Shown here piece after piece: positions 40,922 through 55,432 of a stretch of DNA of 64,000 nucleotides. The position numbers and the translations under genes were made by a program. The notes beneath the pieces were generated by a model, which saw nothing but the letters and a program-made list of their open reading frames with translations, had not been told where the DNA came from and did no database searches. The DNA comes from Gemmatimonas sp. Its GTDB lineage: Bacteria; Gemmatimonadota; Gemmatimonadetes; Gemmatimonadales; Gemmatimonadaceae. Location of the stretch: assembly GCA_965279375.1 (NCBI GenBank), contig OZ257156.1, forward strand, positions 3,648,001 to 3,712,000, read 5' to 3'. Positions within the stretch are counted from its first letter, which is position 1, and every line of letters starts with the position of its first letter.

Positions 40922-41754
40922 CGCACCAAAGCGTTCGTCGTTCCGCAGCGCCTTCGCCACGCGCGCCGATCGGCATCTTCGACTCGGGCATCGGCGGCCT
41001 CACTGTCGTGCGCGAGATGCTTACACGACTCCCCGGTGAGTCGCTGATCTACCTTGGCGACACCGCCCGCGTGCCCTACGGCTCCAAGAGCCCGGAGACT
41101 GTCCGTCGCTACGCCGCGCAGATCGCGGACTGGCTTGTGCAGCAGGGGGTGAAGCTCGTTGTCGTCGCCTGCAACACCGCCACGGCGCACGCGCTCGAGA
41201 TGCTGCAGGAGTCGCAGCCAGTGCCCGTCCTTGGCGTCATCGCACCTGGAGCGCGTGCAGCGGTACAGGTCACGCGCGGCGGGCCCATTGGTGTCATCGG
41301 CACCGCTGGAACCATCGCGTCTGGCGCCTACGAGCGCGCCATACACGCGCTCCAACCGACCGCAGACGTTTGTGCGACGCCCTGTCCGCTTTTCGTGCCC
41401 TTGGTGGAGGAAGGTTGGCTCGATCATCCCGCGACGCGACTGATCGCTCGTGAATACCTCGCCCCGCTGCACTCGGCCCACGTAGACACGCTCGTGCTGG
41501 GCTGCACGCACTATCCGCTCTTGGTGGACGTGCTGCGCGAAGAGATGGGGCCCGGCGTTTCATTGATCGACAGTGCAGCGGAAACGGCGAGCGAGGCCGA
41601 GCGGCTGCTGCGTGAGATGCACATGCTGCGAGATGAGGCTGACGCTCCTGTCCATCGATTTGTAGCGTCAGACGCGCCCGACCGCTTTCTATCGCTTGGC
41701 CGGCGATTCCTCGGTGCCACGCTCGCCCACGTCGAGCACGTCTCCTTCACCTAG
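40915..41754 (+). CDS. murI: Glutamate racemase
   Basis: FDSGIGGLTV, PYGSK, ACNTA, LGCTHYP. Confidence 0.96.
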   Translation: MVAHQSVRRSAAPSPRAPIGIFDSGIGGLTVVREMLTRLPGESLIYLGDTARVPYGSKSPETVRRYAAQIADWLVQQGVKLVVVACNTATAHALEMLQESQPVPVLGVIAPGARAAVQVTRGGPIGVIGTAGTIASGAYERAIHALQPTADVCATPCPLFVPLVEEGWLDHPATRLIAREYLAPLHSAHVDTLVLGCTHYPLLVDVLREEMGPGVSLIDSAAETASEAERLLREMHMLRDEADAPVHRFVASDAPDRFLSLGRRFLGATLAHVEHVSFT

Positions 41755-42471
41755 ACCCGTCCAGCGGCAACGGCTGATCGACGTGTCGTCGATGCGCAAA
41801 AACTGCTGGTCTAGATAGAACGCGCCAGCATTGGCGTACCAGCCACGACCCGCCCGCTGCAGCGTCGGCACATGCGAGTGACCGTGGATGACCAAACGTG
41901 GCCCATCCTCCAGCTCGAGCGAGCGTGTCGCGACTTGGAGCAGGCCGCGTCCTTCATCGCCGGCATGTCGATGTCTGCTGGTATCGGACGACGATAGCGC
42001 GACTCGCGAGGCGAAGTCGGGGTGCAGCCAGCCGAACGCGCGGATCGCGAGCGGATGCCGCAGCACTGTCCGCAGTCTCCGATACGGCGCGTCTTCGACC
42101 TCGCGCAGCCCGTCGCCGTGCTGAAGGAGCGTCGGCCAGGCACCGATCTGGTCGAACCAAGGCTCGAGCGTGTAACGCGCCCCTGTCTCCGCCTCCAGCA
42201 CCTCGCCGCCCCAGCAATCGTGGTTGCCACCGATCCAGAGCACCTCGATTCCCGCGTCGCGCAGATCGGCGATGGCGGCCAGCACCCGAAAGCCGGCTCG
42301 CGGCATCACGTGACGCCACGCAAACCAGAAGTCGAACAGGTCGCCCATGATCACCAACGACCGAGCGCGGCCGGGCAGCTGCCGCAAGAAGGCAAGCAGA
42401 GCACGCTCGGCATCCTTGGACGCGACGCCGAGATGCGCGTCGCCGATCACATAGCATGGGGTGGGAAGCAC
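41689..42471 (-). CDS. lpxH: UDP-2,3-diacylglucosamine diphosphatase (LpxH-like metallophosphoesterase)
   Basis: GDAHLG, GDLFDFW, GNHD, HGDG, HGHSH. Confidence 0.8.
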   Translation of the reverse strand: MLPTPCYVIGDAHLGVASKDAERALLAFLRQLPGRARSLVIMGDLFDFWFAWRHVMPRAGFRVLAAIADLRDAGIEVLWIGGNHDCWGGEVLEAETGARYTLEPWFDQIGAWPTLLQHGDGLREVEDAPYRRLRTVLRHPLAIRAFGWLHPDFASRVALSSSDTSRHRHAGDEGRGLLQVATRSLELEDGPRLVIHGHSHVPTLQRAGRGWYANAGAFYLDQQFLRIDDTSISRCRWTGLGEGDVLDVGERGTEESPAKR

Positions 42472-42557
42472 AGAGGCAGTCTAACTCCTGCTTGGGGTTG
42501 CCACAAACCTGATCGCTCGCCTTGAGCGCACCCCCGCACGGAGCGCATCTTCCGCAC

Positions 42558-42986
42558 ATGGTTCACGAAACGACAAGCGAGTTGCGCGTCCGCTACGCCG
42601 AGACCGACCAGATGGGTGTGGTCTATCATGCCAACTATCTGGTGTGGTGCGAGATCGGTCGCACGGATTTCATCCGCCGCATGGGCAAGTCCTACGCGGA
42701 GCTCGAGCGCGAAGGCGTGACGCTCGCCGTCTCCGACGCGTCCCTCCGCTTTCACGCGTCGGCGCGCTACGACGATCCTGTACGCGTCCACACCACGCTC
42801 TCTGACGTCCGTTCCCGCGCGATGACCTTCGCCTATCGCATCGTGAACGCTGAGACGAACCAGCTGCTGGCCTCCGCAAGCACGACACTCGTGTCACTCG
42901 GGCGCGACGGCCGCATGATCTCCATGCCACAGGAACTGCGCGACGTGCTCGGCAAAGCGCAGGCCTCATCGGCGTCAGCGCGATGA
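42558..42986 (+). CDS. YbgC/FadM-family acyl-CoA thioesterase
   Basis: VRYAETDQMGVVYHANYL, ARYDD. Confidence 0.9.
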   Translation: MVHETTSELRVRYAETDQMGVVYHANYLVWCEIGRTDFIRRMGKSYAELEREGVTLAVSDASLRFHASARYDDPVRVHTTLSDVRSRAMTFAYRIVNAETNQLLASASTTLVSLGRDGRMISMPQELRDVLGKAQASSASAR

Positions 42987-45061
42987 ACCACTCGCGATCG
43001 CAGATGATTCGTCGAGCCCTCATGTCGTTTCCGCAGCGAAAATTTTCGCTGGTCGTCGCCCTGCTCTGCGTAGTCGCAACCGGCGCAGCGTGTGCTCGCA
43101 CGACCCAGACCGTCGCATCGCCGGCGGCCGCCGACCAGTCCGCACTCGACGGTCGCCTGCTTGCGATGATCGATCTTCGCGAGCGAGATACCCTGCTTGT
43201 CGACGCGCTGCTGCGTGACGGCGATTCACCGCGTCGCGCGCGAGCAACGCTTGCCATAGGACAGGTGCAGCTCCGCTCCCGCTATGATGCGCTACGCCGG
43301 TTGCTTCTCGATGCCGATACGGCCGTTGCCGCGAATGCAGCGTTCGCGTTGGGACTCGCGCATGACAGTGCCTCGCTCGTCGCGCTTGGCCGTGCGGTCG
43401 CTGGCGCTCCGGATGTCGTTGCGCGCGAGGCCGCTTGGGCGCTCGGCGAACTCGGAGACGTGGCGCGCGGCGTACTCGTGGTCGCACTGGGCGATAGCGA
43501 CAACGATGCCTTGAGATCGAGCGTTGCAGCGCTGCGCAGTCCAGTCGTTCGCGCGGAACTGCTCATGGCCACGGCAAAGCTGCGTGTCGTTCCGGTCAGC
43601 GCGATTGTTCCGTGGCTGGCGGATACGTCGGTCGAGGTGGTTCGCGGCGGTGCCTACGCCATCGCGCGCCCTCGCGTGGCCGCGGGCGCGCACGCGATGA
43701 TCCCGCTCGCGCGGCACCGAGATGAAGTCGTTCGACAGTACGTCGGACGCACACTCGTCCGCACCGCAGTGGCCGATTCGCTCGCGGTTCGTGCTCGTGT
43801 AGCGCTCGAAGCACTCGTCGCCGACACGAGCCCACGAGTGCGGATGAATGCGGTGCGCAGCTTGGCCACATTCGGTCCGTCGGTGCGCGCGCGGATCGAG
43901 AGCGTCTTGCGTGATGTCGATGCCAACGTCCGCATCGCGGCCGCCGAGAACATCGGCACTGTCTTTCTGCGCGATAGCAGCGCCTGGCGATCCGCTTGGC
44001 GGCAAGACTCTACGTTCACTGTGCGTCGCACACTGCTGGTGAATGCGCGTCGCGCAGGCTCCGATGCGCTCGCCGCCGCCGAATCCAGTTGGGTGAGTGA
44101 TGCGGACTGGCGTGCCCGTGCCGCCGTCGTCGAGGCGCGACTCGCTGGTGGACTCGATCGGGGAACGCTGGCTCGCGCTTTTGCAAATGATCGCGACAGT
44201 CGCGTGCGCGCGGCAGCGCTCGGTGCCATCGATGCGGCGACGCAAGACGCCTCCGGCGACGCTCGCGCGTTGCTGCGAACGGCCCTGCGCGACACGAGCG
44301 TGCAGGTACGTACGGTCGCGATCGGAGCTCTCAGTAGGCGCGCCGTCGCTGTGGATCTTCCAGCAGTTCTCGATGCGTCCGCAGGTGCGGCACGCGATGA
44401 AGACCTGCGTGTGTCGACTCTGCGTTTCCTCGCGGCGGCGTGGCAGCGCGACAGCGTCAACGTGTCATCGGCCAACGTCTCTCGATTGCGTTCGATTCCG
44501 CTACCCTCGACTGTACAGGAGCGCATGCTCGTCGCGCGTGTCACGCCGCTCGCGTCATGGGCGTCGGCTCCGGTTGCGCCACCTCGCGCGCAGTCGGAGT
44601 ACGACCAGCTCGCGCGCTGCTACTGGGGGGCCGGTGCACGCCGCACGAAGGCAGTCCTGCACACCTCGCGCGGAGATATCCGCATCGAACTGCTCGGTGA
44701 AAGCGCGCCACTCGTCGTCGAAGCATTTCTGAAGCTCGCGCGCGACGGCTACTACCGCGATTCGTGGTTCCATCGCGTCGTGCCCAATTTCGTGGCGCAG
44801 GACGGCAACCCTCGCGGCGATGGATCAGGAGGGCCCGGCGGAAGCTTGCGCGACGCGTGGACGAGGGAACGGCACGACCGCGGAGCAATTGGTCTCGCGA
44901 CGTCGGGACCCGATACCGGAGATGCGCAGTACTACCTGTGTCATTCGGCGCAGCCCCATCTCGACGGACACTACACGGTGTTCGCGCGAGTTACGTCCGG
45001 CTTCGACGTGCTCGATCGCCTCGTTCAGGGCGATCGTCTTCGATCCGTGGAGATTCAGTGA
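42983..45061 (+). CDS. HEAT-repeat lipoprotein with C-terminal cyclophilin PPIase domain
   Basis: Lipobox-like GAAC; repeated D...VR..A HEAT units; FHRVVPNFVAQDG, GPDTG, PHLDGHYTVF. Confidence 0.85.
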   Translation: MNHSRSQMIRRALMSFPQRKFSLVVALLCVVATGAACARTTQTVASPAAADQSALDGRLLAMIDLRERDTLLVDALLRDGDSPRRARATLAIGQVQLRSRYDALRRLLLDADTAVAANAAFALGLAHDSASLVALGRAVAGAPDVVAREAAWALGELGDVARGVLVVALGDSDNDALRSSVAALRSPVVRAELLMATAKLRVVPVSAIVPWLADTSVEVVRGGAYAIARPRVAAGAHAMIPLARHRDEVVRQYVGRTLVRTAVADSLAVRARVALEALVADTSPRVRMNAVRSLATFGPSVRARIESVLRDVDANVRIAAAENIGTVFLRDSSAWRSAWRQDSTFTVRRTLLVNARRAGSDALAAAESSWVSDADWRARAAVVEARLAGGLDRGTLARAFANDRDSRVRAAALGAIDAATQDASGDARALLRTALRDTSVQVRTVAIGALSRRAVAVDLPAVLDASAGAARDEDLRVSTLRFLAAAWQRDSVNVSSANVSRLRSIPLPSTVQERMLVARVTPLASWASAPVAPPRAQSEYDQLARCYWGAGARRTKAVLHTSRGDIRIELLGESAPLVVEAFLKLARDGYYRDSWFHRVVPNFVAQDGNPRGDGSGGPGGSLRDAWTRERHDRGAIGLATSGPDTGDAQYYLCHSAQPHLDGHYTVFARVTSGFDVLDRLVQGDRLRSVEIQ

Positions 45062-45792
45062 TTCAGAGAGTCATCCTTACCGCGCATCGTGCGCGGCATC
45101 ACGTATTTGGGACGCGTAGTCGCAGGTTGCTTGCGGCCCTGAGCATGCTACTGTCGGTCGCGTCGTGCACACCAAGCGCGCCCCCACTTCGCGGTGCGCC
45201 GTCTACGGCAGCGTTTCCGCCGGCCGAACTGCCCGACCGGCCGCAGCAGTTGCGCTTCTCGTGGACGTATAAGGACGAAACATTCGAGGCGAACGGAGAC
45301 GGCGTTGTACGGCACACGCCGCGTGACAAGGCCAGGCTCGATTTCTTCCTGAAGAACGGTATGGCCGGCGGCTATGCCATTCTCGTGGGCGACTCCCTGA
45401 TTGTGCCGGGCATCGACTTGGTGCGCCGCTTCCTCCCGCCGGTGCCACTCCTCTGGGCCACACTCGGACGACTGGCGCTTCCTGCGTCGCCCGATACGGT
45501 CGCTCGACTGGACGGCGATACACTGCGTGTGGATCTGGGGAACCTGCGTGGCCGTGACGCGTCGGTCGCCAATGGGAGGGCGTGGCGGATATCATTCGGC
45601 GGGCGCGCACTCGGCAGGGTCGATCGGATCGAGGGCGGGAAGGTGGTCGAGTGGGTGAGCCGCCGTCGCAATACGTCAGGTCAGTGGGAGCTGCAGTACG
45701 TCCACGAACAGTCCCGGCGTCGCCTGGGTATTGTCGTGCTGGACACCACCGTGGTCGAGGGATTCGATGACGCAATTTTCCGGAAGCCGTAG
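45058..45792 (+). CDS. Hypothetical lipoprotein
   Basis: GTG overlapping upstream stop; LSVASC lipobox; beta-rich sequence. Confidence 0.65.
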   Translation: MIQRVILTAHRARHHVFGTRSRRLLAALSMLLSVASCTPSAPPLRGAPSTAAFPPAELPDRPQQLRFSWTYKDETFEANGDGVVRHTPRDKARLDFFLKNGMAGGYAILVGDSLIVPGIDLVRRFLPPVPLLWATLGRLALPASPDTVARLDGDTLRVDLGNLRGRDASVANGRAWRISFGGRALGRVDRIEGGKVVEWVSRRRNTSGQWELQYVHEQSRRRLGIVVLDTTVVEGFDDAIFRKP

Positions 45793-45796
45793 CGAT

Positions 45797-46342
45797 ATGC
45801 CGCGCGCATCACGCGCCCACTGCGGCGCCGTCGGGCGTGCGTGGCGGGCGTCGACGCTGCTGCTCGTCGCCATCGGCTCGCTCGCGCTGAACGGCTGTCT
45901 CTACGGCTTCGCGAGTGGCAGCGGGCTCCCCAAGAACCTTCGGAGCGTGGCGGTACAGCCCTTCGACAACCAGACCGCAGTTCCGGAGCTCCAGCGCGAG
46001 GTCTTCGAGCAGCTGCGGAAAGGCATGCGCGATCGGCTGAATCTGCGCGAGGCACCCGAGCAGCGTGCGGACGTCGTCGTGCGCGGCACCATCCTCCGAT
46101 ACGAGGTAGACTTGCCGGCCGGCGTCAGCGCCGATCCACGGCAGACCACATCGACGCGTCGTCGCCTGCAAATCGTGATGGACGTCGAGATCGTCGATCA
46201 GACCACCGGACGCATGCTGCTCAAGCGCGCTGGCATTTCGAAGGAAGGTCAGTACGCGGAAGGCGGCGAAGCGGCGGGCCGCAAGATTGCCATCGAGAGT
46301 CTCGTCAACGAACTGCTCGAAGGAGCGCAGTCGCAGTGGTAG
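45797..46342 (+). CDS. lptE: LPS assembly lipoprotein LptE family
   Basis: LNGC.YGF lipobox, VAVQPFDNQT, ADVVVRGTI, terminal W. Confidence 0.75.
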   Translation: MPRASRAHCGAVGRAWRASTLLLVAIGSLALNGCLYGFASGSGLPKNLRSVAVQPFDNQTAVPELQREVFEQLRKGMRDRLNLREAPEQRADVVVRGTILRYEVDLPAGVSADPRQTTSTRRRLQIVMDVEIVDQTTGRMLLKRAGISKEGQYAEGGEAAGRKIAIESLVNELLEGAQSQW

Positions 46343-46377
46343 TAGGCGCGACACTTCGACGGCCGTACGACAAGATC

Positions 46378-46824
46378 ATGTCACGCGAACAAGTGGCGCA
46401 GTGGCGTGAGTCCGTGAGCGGCCCGGTGGTGTTTACCAACGGCGTCTTCGATCTCATTCATCCAGGGCACGTGGATGTAATCGATGGCGCGCGACGACAT
46501 GGTGACGCGCTCGTTGTTGGCGTCAACAGCGATGCGTCCGTGCAGCGCCTCAAGGGACCGACGCGTCCGGTGCGTACGGAAGCCGAACGTGCGCAGGTGC
46601 TCGCAGCATTCGAGGCCGTCGATGCCGTTGTCATCTTCGGCGAGGACACACCGTTGGAACTGGTGCGCGCGCTGCAACCGGACGTGATCGTGAAGGGAGG
46701 CGACTACTCGCCAGAGACGATCGTCGGCGCAGATGTTGTTCGTGCACGCGGAGGTCGCGTCATCGTCGTCCCGCTCCAGGCGGGACAATCCACCACATCC
46801 ATCATCGAGAAATTGCGTGGCTGA
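46378..46824 (+). CDS. rfaE2: D-glycero-beta-D-manno-heptose 1-phosphate adenylyltransferase (RfaE domain II)
   Basis: [34 protein letters not shown]. Confidence 0.92.
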   Translation: MSREQVAQWRESVSGPVVFTNGVFDLIHPGHVDVIDGARRHGDALVVGVNSDASVQRLKGPTRPVRTEAERAQVLAAFEAVDAVVIFGEDTPLELVRALQPDVIVKGGDYSPETIVGADVVRARGGRVIVVPLQAGQSTTSIIEKLRG

Positions 46825-47581
46825 GTCAGGGCAGGGTACACCGAATCCGCGAATTGGCCGCGCCAACGACGCGCTTCGCAAGATCGAACTCGAGCGCGGT
46901 CCAGTGCTCTACGCCGAGGGATCGTGCCTGGTCTCTTTTGGCGAGACACGTGTGCTGTGCGCCGCCTCTGTCGAAGATGGCGTGCCCGGATGGCGTCGTG
47001 GGAGCGGAGAAGGTTGGGTCACGGCCGAATACGCGATGCTTCCGCGCGCCACCAAGACGCGTTCCCCTCGCGAGCGCCAGCAGATCGGCGGACGCACGCA
47101 GGAGATTCAGCGTCTCATCGGTCGGAGCGTCCGTGCTATGCTCGATGACTTCCGCTTTGGCGAGTTCACCATCAAGGTCGATTGCGATGTCTTGCAGGCG
47201 GATGGTGGCACGCGCACAGCGGCAATCACTGGCGCATGCATCGCGGTGCATGACGCGTTCGCATGGATGGTGCAAACGGGACGTGTTTCGGCCACGCCGG
47301 TCCGTCGGCGGGTTGCCGCGGTCAGCGTCGGTATCGTCGACGGCGAGGCGCGACTCGATCTCGACTACCTCGAGGACGTGCGCGCAGGTGTCGACATGAA
47401 CGTGGTCATGAGCAGCGAAGGTCGATTCGTCGAGGTGCAGGGTACCGGCGAGCACGGCACCTTCGCCCGCGCCGAGCTGGATGCACTGTTGGCGCATGCG
47501 ACACTCGGCATTGGACACCTCGATGCCGCGCAGCAGGCGGCGCTTGATCGGCCACTGGTTGGCCGTTCGCCGAACGCGTGA
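46817..47581 (+). CDS. rph: Ribonuclease PH
   Basis: [49 protein letters not shown]. Confidence 0.96.
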   Translation: MAESGQGTPNPRIGRANDALRKIELERGPVLYAEGSCLVSFGETRVLCAASVEDGVPGWRRGSGEGWVTAEYAMLPRATKTRSPRERQQIGGRTQEIQRLIGRSVRAMLDDFRFGEFTIKVDCDVLQADGGTRTAAITGACIAVHDAFAWMVQTGRVSATPVRRRVAAVSVGIVDGEARLDLDYLEDVRAGVDMNVVMSSEGRFVEVQGTGEHGTFARAELDALLAHATLGIGHLDAAQQAALDRPLVGRSPNA

Positions 47582-47596
47582 GCACGGCGGCGCGCG

Positions 47597-48280
47597 TTGA
47601 CTGAAGCGGTGGTACTGGCGACGCGAAGCGCGGGGAAGCTGCGCGAACTACTGCCGCTATTGGCGGAAGCTGGTTTGCGCGCGGTGTCGCTCAGCGACGT
47701 CGGTCTGGAGGAGCTGGCCGAGGAGGATTCGCTGGAGGAGTTCGATACCTTCGAGGAGAACGCGCTCGCGAAGGCTCGGTACTTCTCGGAACGAAGCGGT
47801 GGGCGTGTCGTGCTCGCCGACGATTCGGGCTTGGAGGTCGACGCGCTCGACGGTGCACCCGGAGTGCGGAGCAAGCGGTGGGGAGGGTTCGAGGCTCTCG
47901 ATGGTGCGGCACTCGACGCAGCGAACAACACACATCTGCTTCGGTCGCTCGAGATTGCGTCGTTGTCGGGGCGGTCCGAGCGTAGTGCGCGCTATGTGTG
48001 CGCCGCGGCCTGCGTGTGGCCGGGCGGCTCACTCGTCTTTCGTGGCGCCACTTCTGGCGAGATCCTCGACCATCCCGAGGGAAGCGGAGGGTTCGGCTAC
48101 GATCCGCTTTTCAGGTCGGACGAACTCGCGAAAACGTTCGGGTCAGCGAGCCGCGACGAGAAGGCGTCAGTGAGTCATCGTGGTCGAGCGTTCGGCGCGC
48201 TCGTTGTTGCGATGGGTGCGGAAAATTCACTTCGCACGAAGTTGATTTGCCCAGTTGACCCAGAGGGGATGCGCGGGTAA
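47597..48280 (+). CDS. rdgB: Non-canonical purine NTP pyrophosphatase
   Basis: ATRSAGK, TFEENALAKA, ADDSGLEVDAL.GAPGV, GFGYDP, SHRGRA. Confidence 0.93.
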   Translation: MTEAVVLATRSAGKLRELLPLLAEAGLRAVSLSDVGLEELAEEDSLEEFDTFEENALAKARYFSERSGGRVVLADDSGLEVDALDGAPGVRSKRWGGFEALDGAALDAANNTHLLRSLEIASLSGRSERSARYVCAAACVWPGGSLVFRGATSGEILDHPEGSGGFGYDPLFRSDELAKTFGSASRDEKASVSHRGRAFGALVVAMGAENSLRTKLICPVDPEGMRG

Positions 48281-48283
48281 CAT
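48255..48283 (+). promoter_or_regulatory. Promoter of tRNA cluster, inside rdgB 3' end
   Basis: TTGACC-17 bp-TAACAT ending 12 nt before tRNA-Pro. Confidence 0.65.
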
Positions 48284-48295
48284 GAGCAGCCGCTG

Positions 48296-48369
48296 CGGGG
48301 CGTAGCGTAGCCCGGTATCGCGCCTGCTTTGGGAGCAGGAGGTCGCCGGTTCGAATCCGGCCGCCCCGA
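48296..48369 (+). tRNA. tRNA-Pro(TGG), CCA not encoded
   Basis: Cloverleaf; anticodon arm CCTGC-TTTGGGA-GCAGG; GTTCGAATC. Confidence 0.96.
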
Positions 48370-48446
48370 TCATGCCGCAAGGCAAGCAGTAACTGTGGCT
48401 GATCCACGTTGGTCTCTCGGTTCCGAGGGGCCGGCGGCAAATGCAG

Positions 48447-48520
48447 GCGCCAGTAGCTCAGTCGGATAGAGCGGCAGCCTTCTAAGCTGCGGGTCGGGGG
48501 TTCGATTCCCTCCTGGCGCG
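48447..48520 (+). tRNA. tRNA-Arg(TCT), CCA not encoded
   Basis: Anticodon arm GCAGC-CTTCTAA-GCTGC; GTTCGATTC. Confidence 0.96.
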
Positions 48521-48564
48521 CTGAAGCGGTTGGATCGTTCGCAGGCAGGTGTTGTTGTCGTTTT

Positions 48565-48636
48565 GCACCCTTAGCTCAATGGTAGAGCAGCTGACTCTTA
48601 ATCAGTAGGTTCTAGGTTCGAGTCCTAGAGGGTGCA
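48565..48636 (+). tRNA. tRNA-Lys(CTT), CCA not encoded
   Basis: Acceptor GCACCCT/AGGGTGC; anticodon loop CTCTTAA; GTTCGAGTC. Confidence 0.96.
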
Positions 48637-48665
48637 TTTGTCGGTGAAGTCGTTGTGGTACGGTT

Positions 48666-48702
48666 AAACGGGCCGTCTCCGTTTCGGAGATGGCCCGTTT
48701 TG
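48666..48702 (+). terminator. Intrinsic terminator after the tRNA cluster
   Basis: AAACGGGCCGTCTCCG-TTT-CGGAGATGGCCCGTTTT. Confidence 0.85.
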
Positions 48703-48754
48703 TCCTAAAGCGTTGCGCTGTGGTGAGTATGTTCGGCCGTTCCAATTTTGGGCC

Positions 48755-48906
48755 TTGCGCCTAAGAGAACGCGGACATAACTTCGCCACCCCTCCGCCGC
48801 CCGGGTAGCCTCGCGACACAGATCGCGGAACGGTTACGAAACGGGGTAGAGACCTCAAAGAAAGTTCGGCGAGGGGCTTTACAGGGCGAGGTCAACGTTT
48901 TATTAG
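48755..48906 (+). promoter_or_regulatory. Putative tandem promoters of rRNA operon 1
   Basis: TTGCGC-17-TAACTT (48755-48783) and TTTACA-17-TATTAG (48878-48906). Confidence 0.5.
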
Positions 48907-48994
48907 TTAAGGCTCTAGCCAAAACATCGGCGGACAAGAAAAGCTAAGTGATGCAGCCTCAAGGGGTTGCGGAACGCTAGAAGGGAAGTAGGAC

Positions 48995-49007
48995 GCTATT
49001 TGACAAC
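48995..49007 (+). promoter_or_regulatory. boxA-like antitermination element (leader)
   Basis: GCTATTTGACAAC, repeated exactly in the ITS (50808-50820) and in operon 2. Confidence 0.7.
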
Positions 49008-49150
49008 TGAAGTTGAGATCGAAGACGTGCGAGGCGGTGTCTATGACCTGCGGCTCCATCAGGGCTGCAGCGAGACATTACCTGATGAGATTTTAAGTGA
49101 TTCGGCGCTAGATCTTTCGGGATCGCGCTGAAGAGCCTGTTGAACTTTTC

Positions 49151-50675
<1,525 letters not shown>

Positions 50676-51005
50676 GGAGCGACGAGTAGACCGGGTCTTC
50701 GGACTGGCGGGTCGAAAGTCCCAGATTTGTCGCCCGCTTCGTACGTTTCGATCTCAATTTTGGTTGGCACTGGGGCCACGGATTGCCGCAAGGCGATTGG
50801 TGGCCGTGCTATTTGACAACGGATAAGGGAAGTGATCGTGGGTACTACCACTTGAGTTGCGACTACTGGTCGGGACTTGGGTGGCTAGGACGAAGAACCT
50901 CAGTGAGGCTCACTATCCACGCGCGGTGCAAACCGAGGCGTGGGCAGCTGACGCAACACATGAAGTGAGAAGTAGAGCGCACGTTTTGCTTGAAGAGTAG
51001 GGAAG

Positions 51006-53949
<2,944 letters not shown>

Positions 53950-54202
53950 CCCCCCTGGTTTTTCCAGGGGCAAGACAAGAATCACCGCAAAGCATGCGCA
54001 CGTCATGCGCCCCGCTGGCTAATCCCAGTGTCGGCGCCCCATGATCACTCCCATCCGTTTGTCAGATTGCGCCCCGTGCAATTTGAACATCTCGGATCAT
54101 TCGCTCTGGACCGACAGCGTTTCGTCAGAAACGCGTTGTCATAGGAGTTTGCGCGGCCACCGGCCGCAGCAAACCCGCCAGCGAATGTTCCGAAGGAAGA
54201 TT

Positions 54203-54320
54203 CGCTGGCAACTAGAGCGCTTGGGCCACACCCGTTCCCATCCCGAACACGGTCGTTAAGCCAAGCAGCGCCGATGGTACTCCGGTCGAGAGATCGCGGG
54301 AGAGTAGGCCGTTGCCGGCA
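54203..54320 (+). rRNA. rrf: 5S rRNA, copy 1
   Basis: CCCATCCCGAAC, GCCGATGGTAC, GGGAGAGTAGG; helix I GCTGGCAAC/GTTGCCGGC. Confidence 0.96.
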
Positions 54321-54326
54321 CCTTTT

Positions 54327-54363
54327 ACGAAGCCCCCGTCACTCCACGTGGCGGGGGCTTCGT
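54327..54363 (+). terminator. Hairpin ending rRNA operon 1 (weak U tract)
   Basis: ACGAAGCCCCCGTCA ... TGGCGGGGGCTTCGT. Confidence 0.7.
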
Positions 54364-54455
54364 CGTGTCCGTATGCGCCGTCATCTCCACTTTCACCTGG
54401 TACCGACAGTGCGCAGGCGAACGAGTGCCAACAATCCCGGTCCGTCTGTCCACGG

Positions 54456-54830
54456 CTATCGAGTCGAATTTCGCTCGTAGCCCATGCCCAGCGCCCCTAT
54501 GTCGCCCGTCACCTCGATCGCGACGGTGGCCGTCTGTGTGGACGAGGTGTTCTTGAAGATCGCCATAGCCGATTTGGAGAATCGGGCGTCAACGTGCGCA
54601 CCGGGCGCGAGGGTGAGGACGCTATCCCGCTTTCCATCGCGTTCGGAAAACACGACGATCGGGACCGGTCCTGCGTTGGTCCCCCGACCGACAAACGCCC
54701 CGGCCTGTCCGCCACCCAGGCGGAACGCCTTGCCCGGTTCGATGGTCGTCCTGCTGGTCAGCGACGCGCACGCCGCGATCATGGGAAGGAGCGCGACATA
54801 GAGCACGTGGGGGCGAGAACGGACGAGCAC
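54456..54830 (-). CDS. Hypothetical lipoprotein; start uncertain
   Basis: Hydrophobic segment ending IAAC, then a beta-rich ~100-aa domain. Confidence 0.55.
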   Translation of the reverse strand: MLVRSRPHVLYVALLPMIAACASLTSRTTIEPGKAFRLGGGQAGAFVGRGTNAGPVPIVVFSERDGKRDSVLTLAPGAHVDARFSKSAMAIFKNTSSTQTATVAIEVTGDIGALGMGYERNSTR

Positions 54831-55110
54831 GGCGAACTCCGGAGTGAGGGCAGAGGGACACGCGACGGTCAGGCCTTCGCGTCCCAAGGATGCGCGGATG
54901 CAGTGGTCCTGCGGCAGGACGTTCGCGGCCAACGATTCGAGAACCAAGCCAACTCAGTAAGGGTGCCAGGCGAGCGGCCTGCGGTCGGTCTCGGCCGTCG
55001 ACACGGCGGCGGCAACCGTGGGCCTAGCTTGGAGCACACGGCGCCTAGATCTATCGCGCCGTGGCTGTGGTAGAGGGAGCCCCGCGCGCGCCGTCCAGTG
55101 CGCCGCTGCA

Positions 55111-55167
55111 ACCTAACCTCGCATTGCTGCTAATGTGACCTTCACGGAACGCAAGCAAGCGTTAGAC
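55111..55167 (+). mobile_element. Degenerate integron attC-like site
   Basis: ACCTAAC (RYYYAAC)-5 bp-ATTGCTGC ... GCAAGCAA-GC-GTTAGAC (GTTRRRY); internal GTGA/TCAC stem; right spacer shorter than canonical. Confidence 0.5.
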
Positions 55168-55432
55168 AAGCCGTCCTGATTCAGGCGCATCTCGGTCGGG
55201 TGGCGCTGCCGCGAACCAGGTTGTGTGCGCCGACTATTCCCGCGCCGAAGTACATGCCATGAACCGTGACGCTGATCGGCGAGTGATCCGCCTCCGACAG
55301 GAAGTCCGGTCGAGCGCGATCGCAGGCTGAGACGCGCTCGCCGACCTATCGCCCAAGGTGCTCAGGAAACCCTTGCGAAATGAGCGGTGACGAAACACCG
55401 AGCACGCACGCTTCCCTGCAGACGCCCATCAC

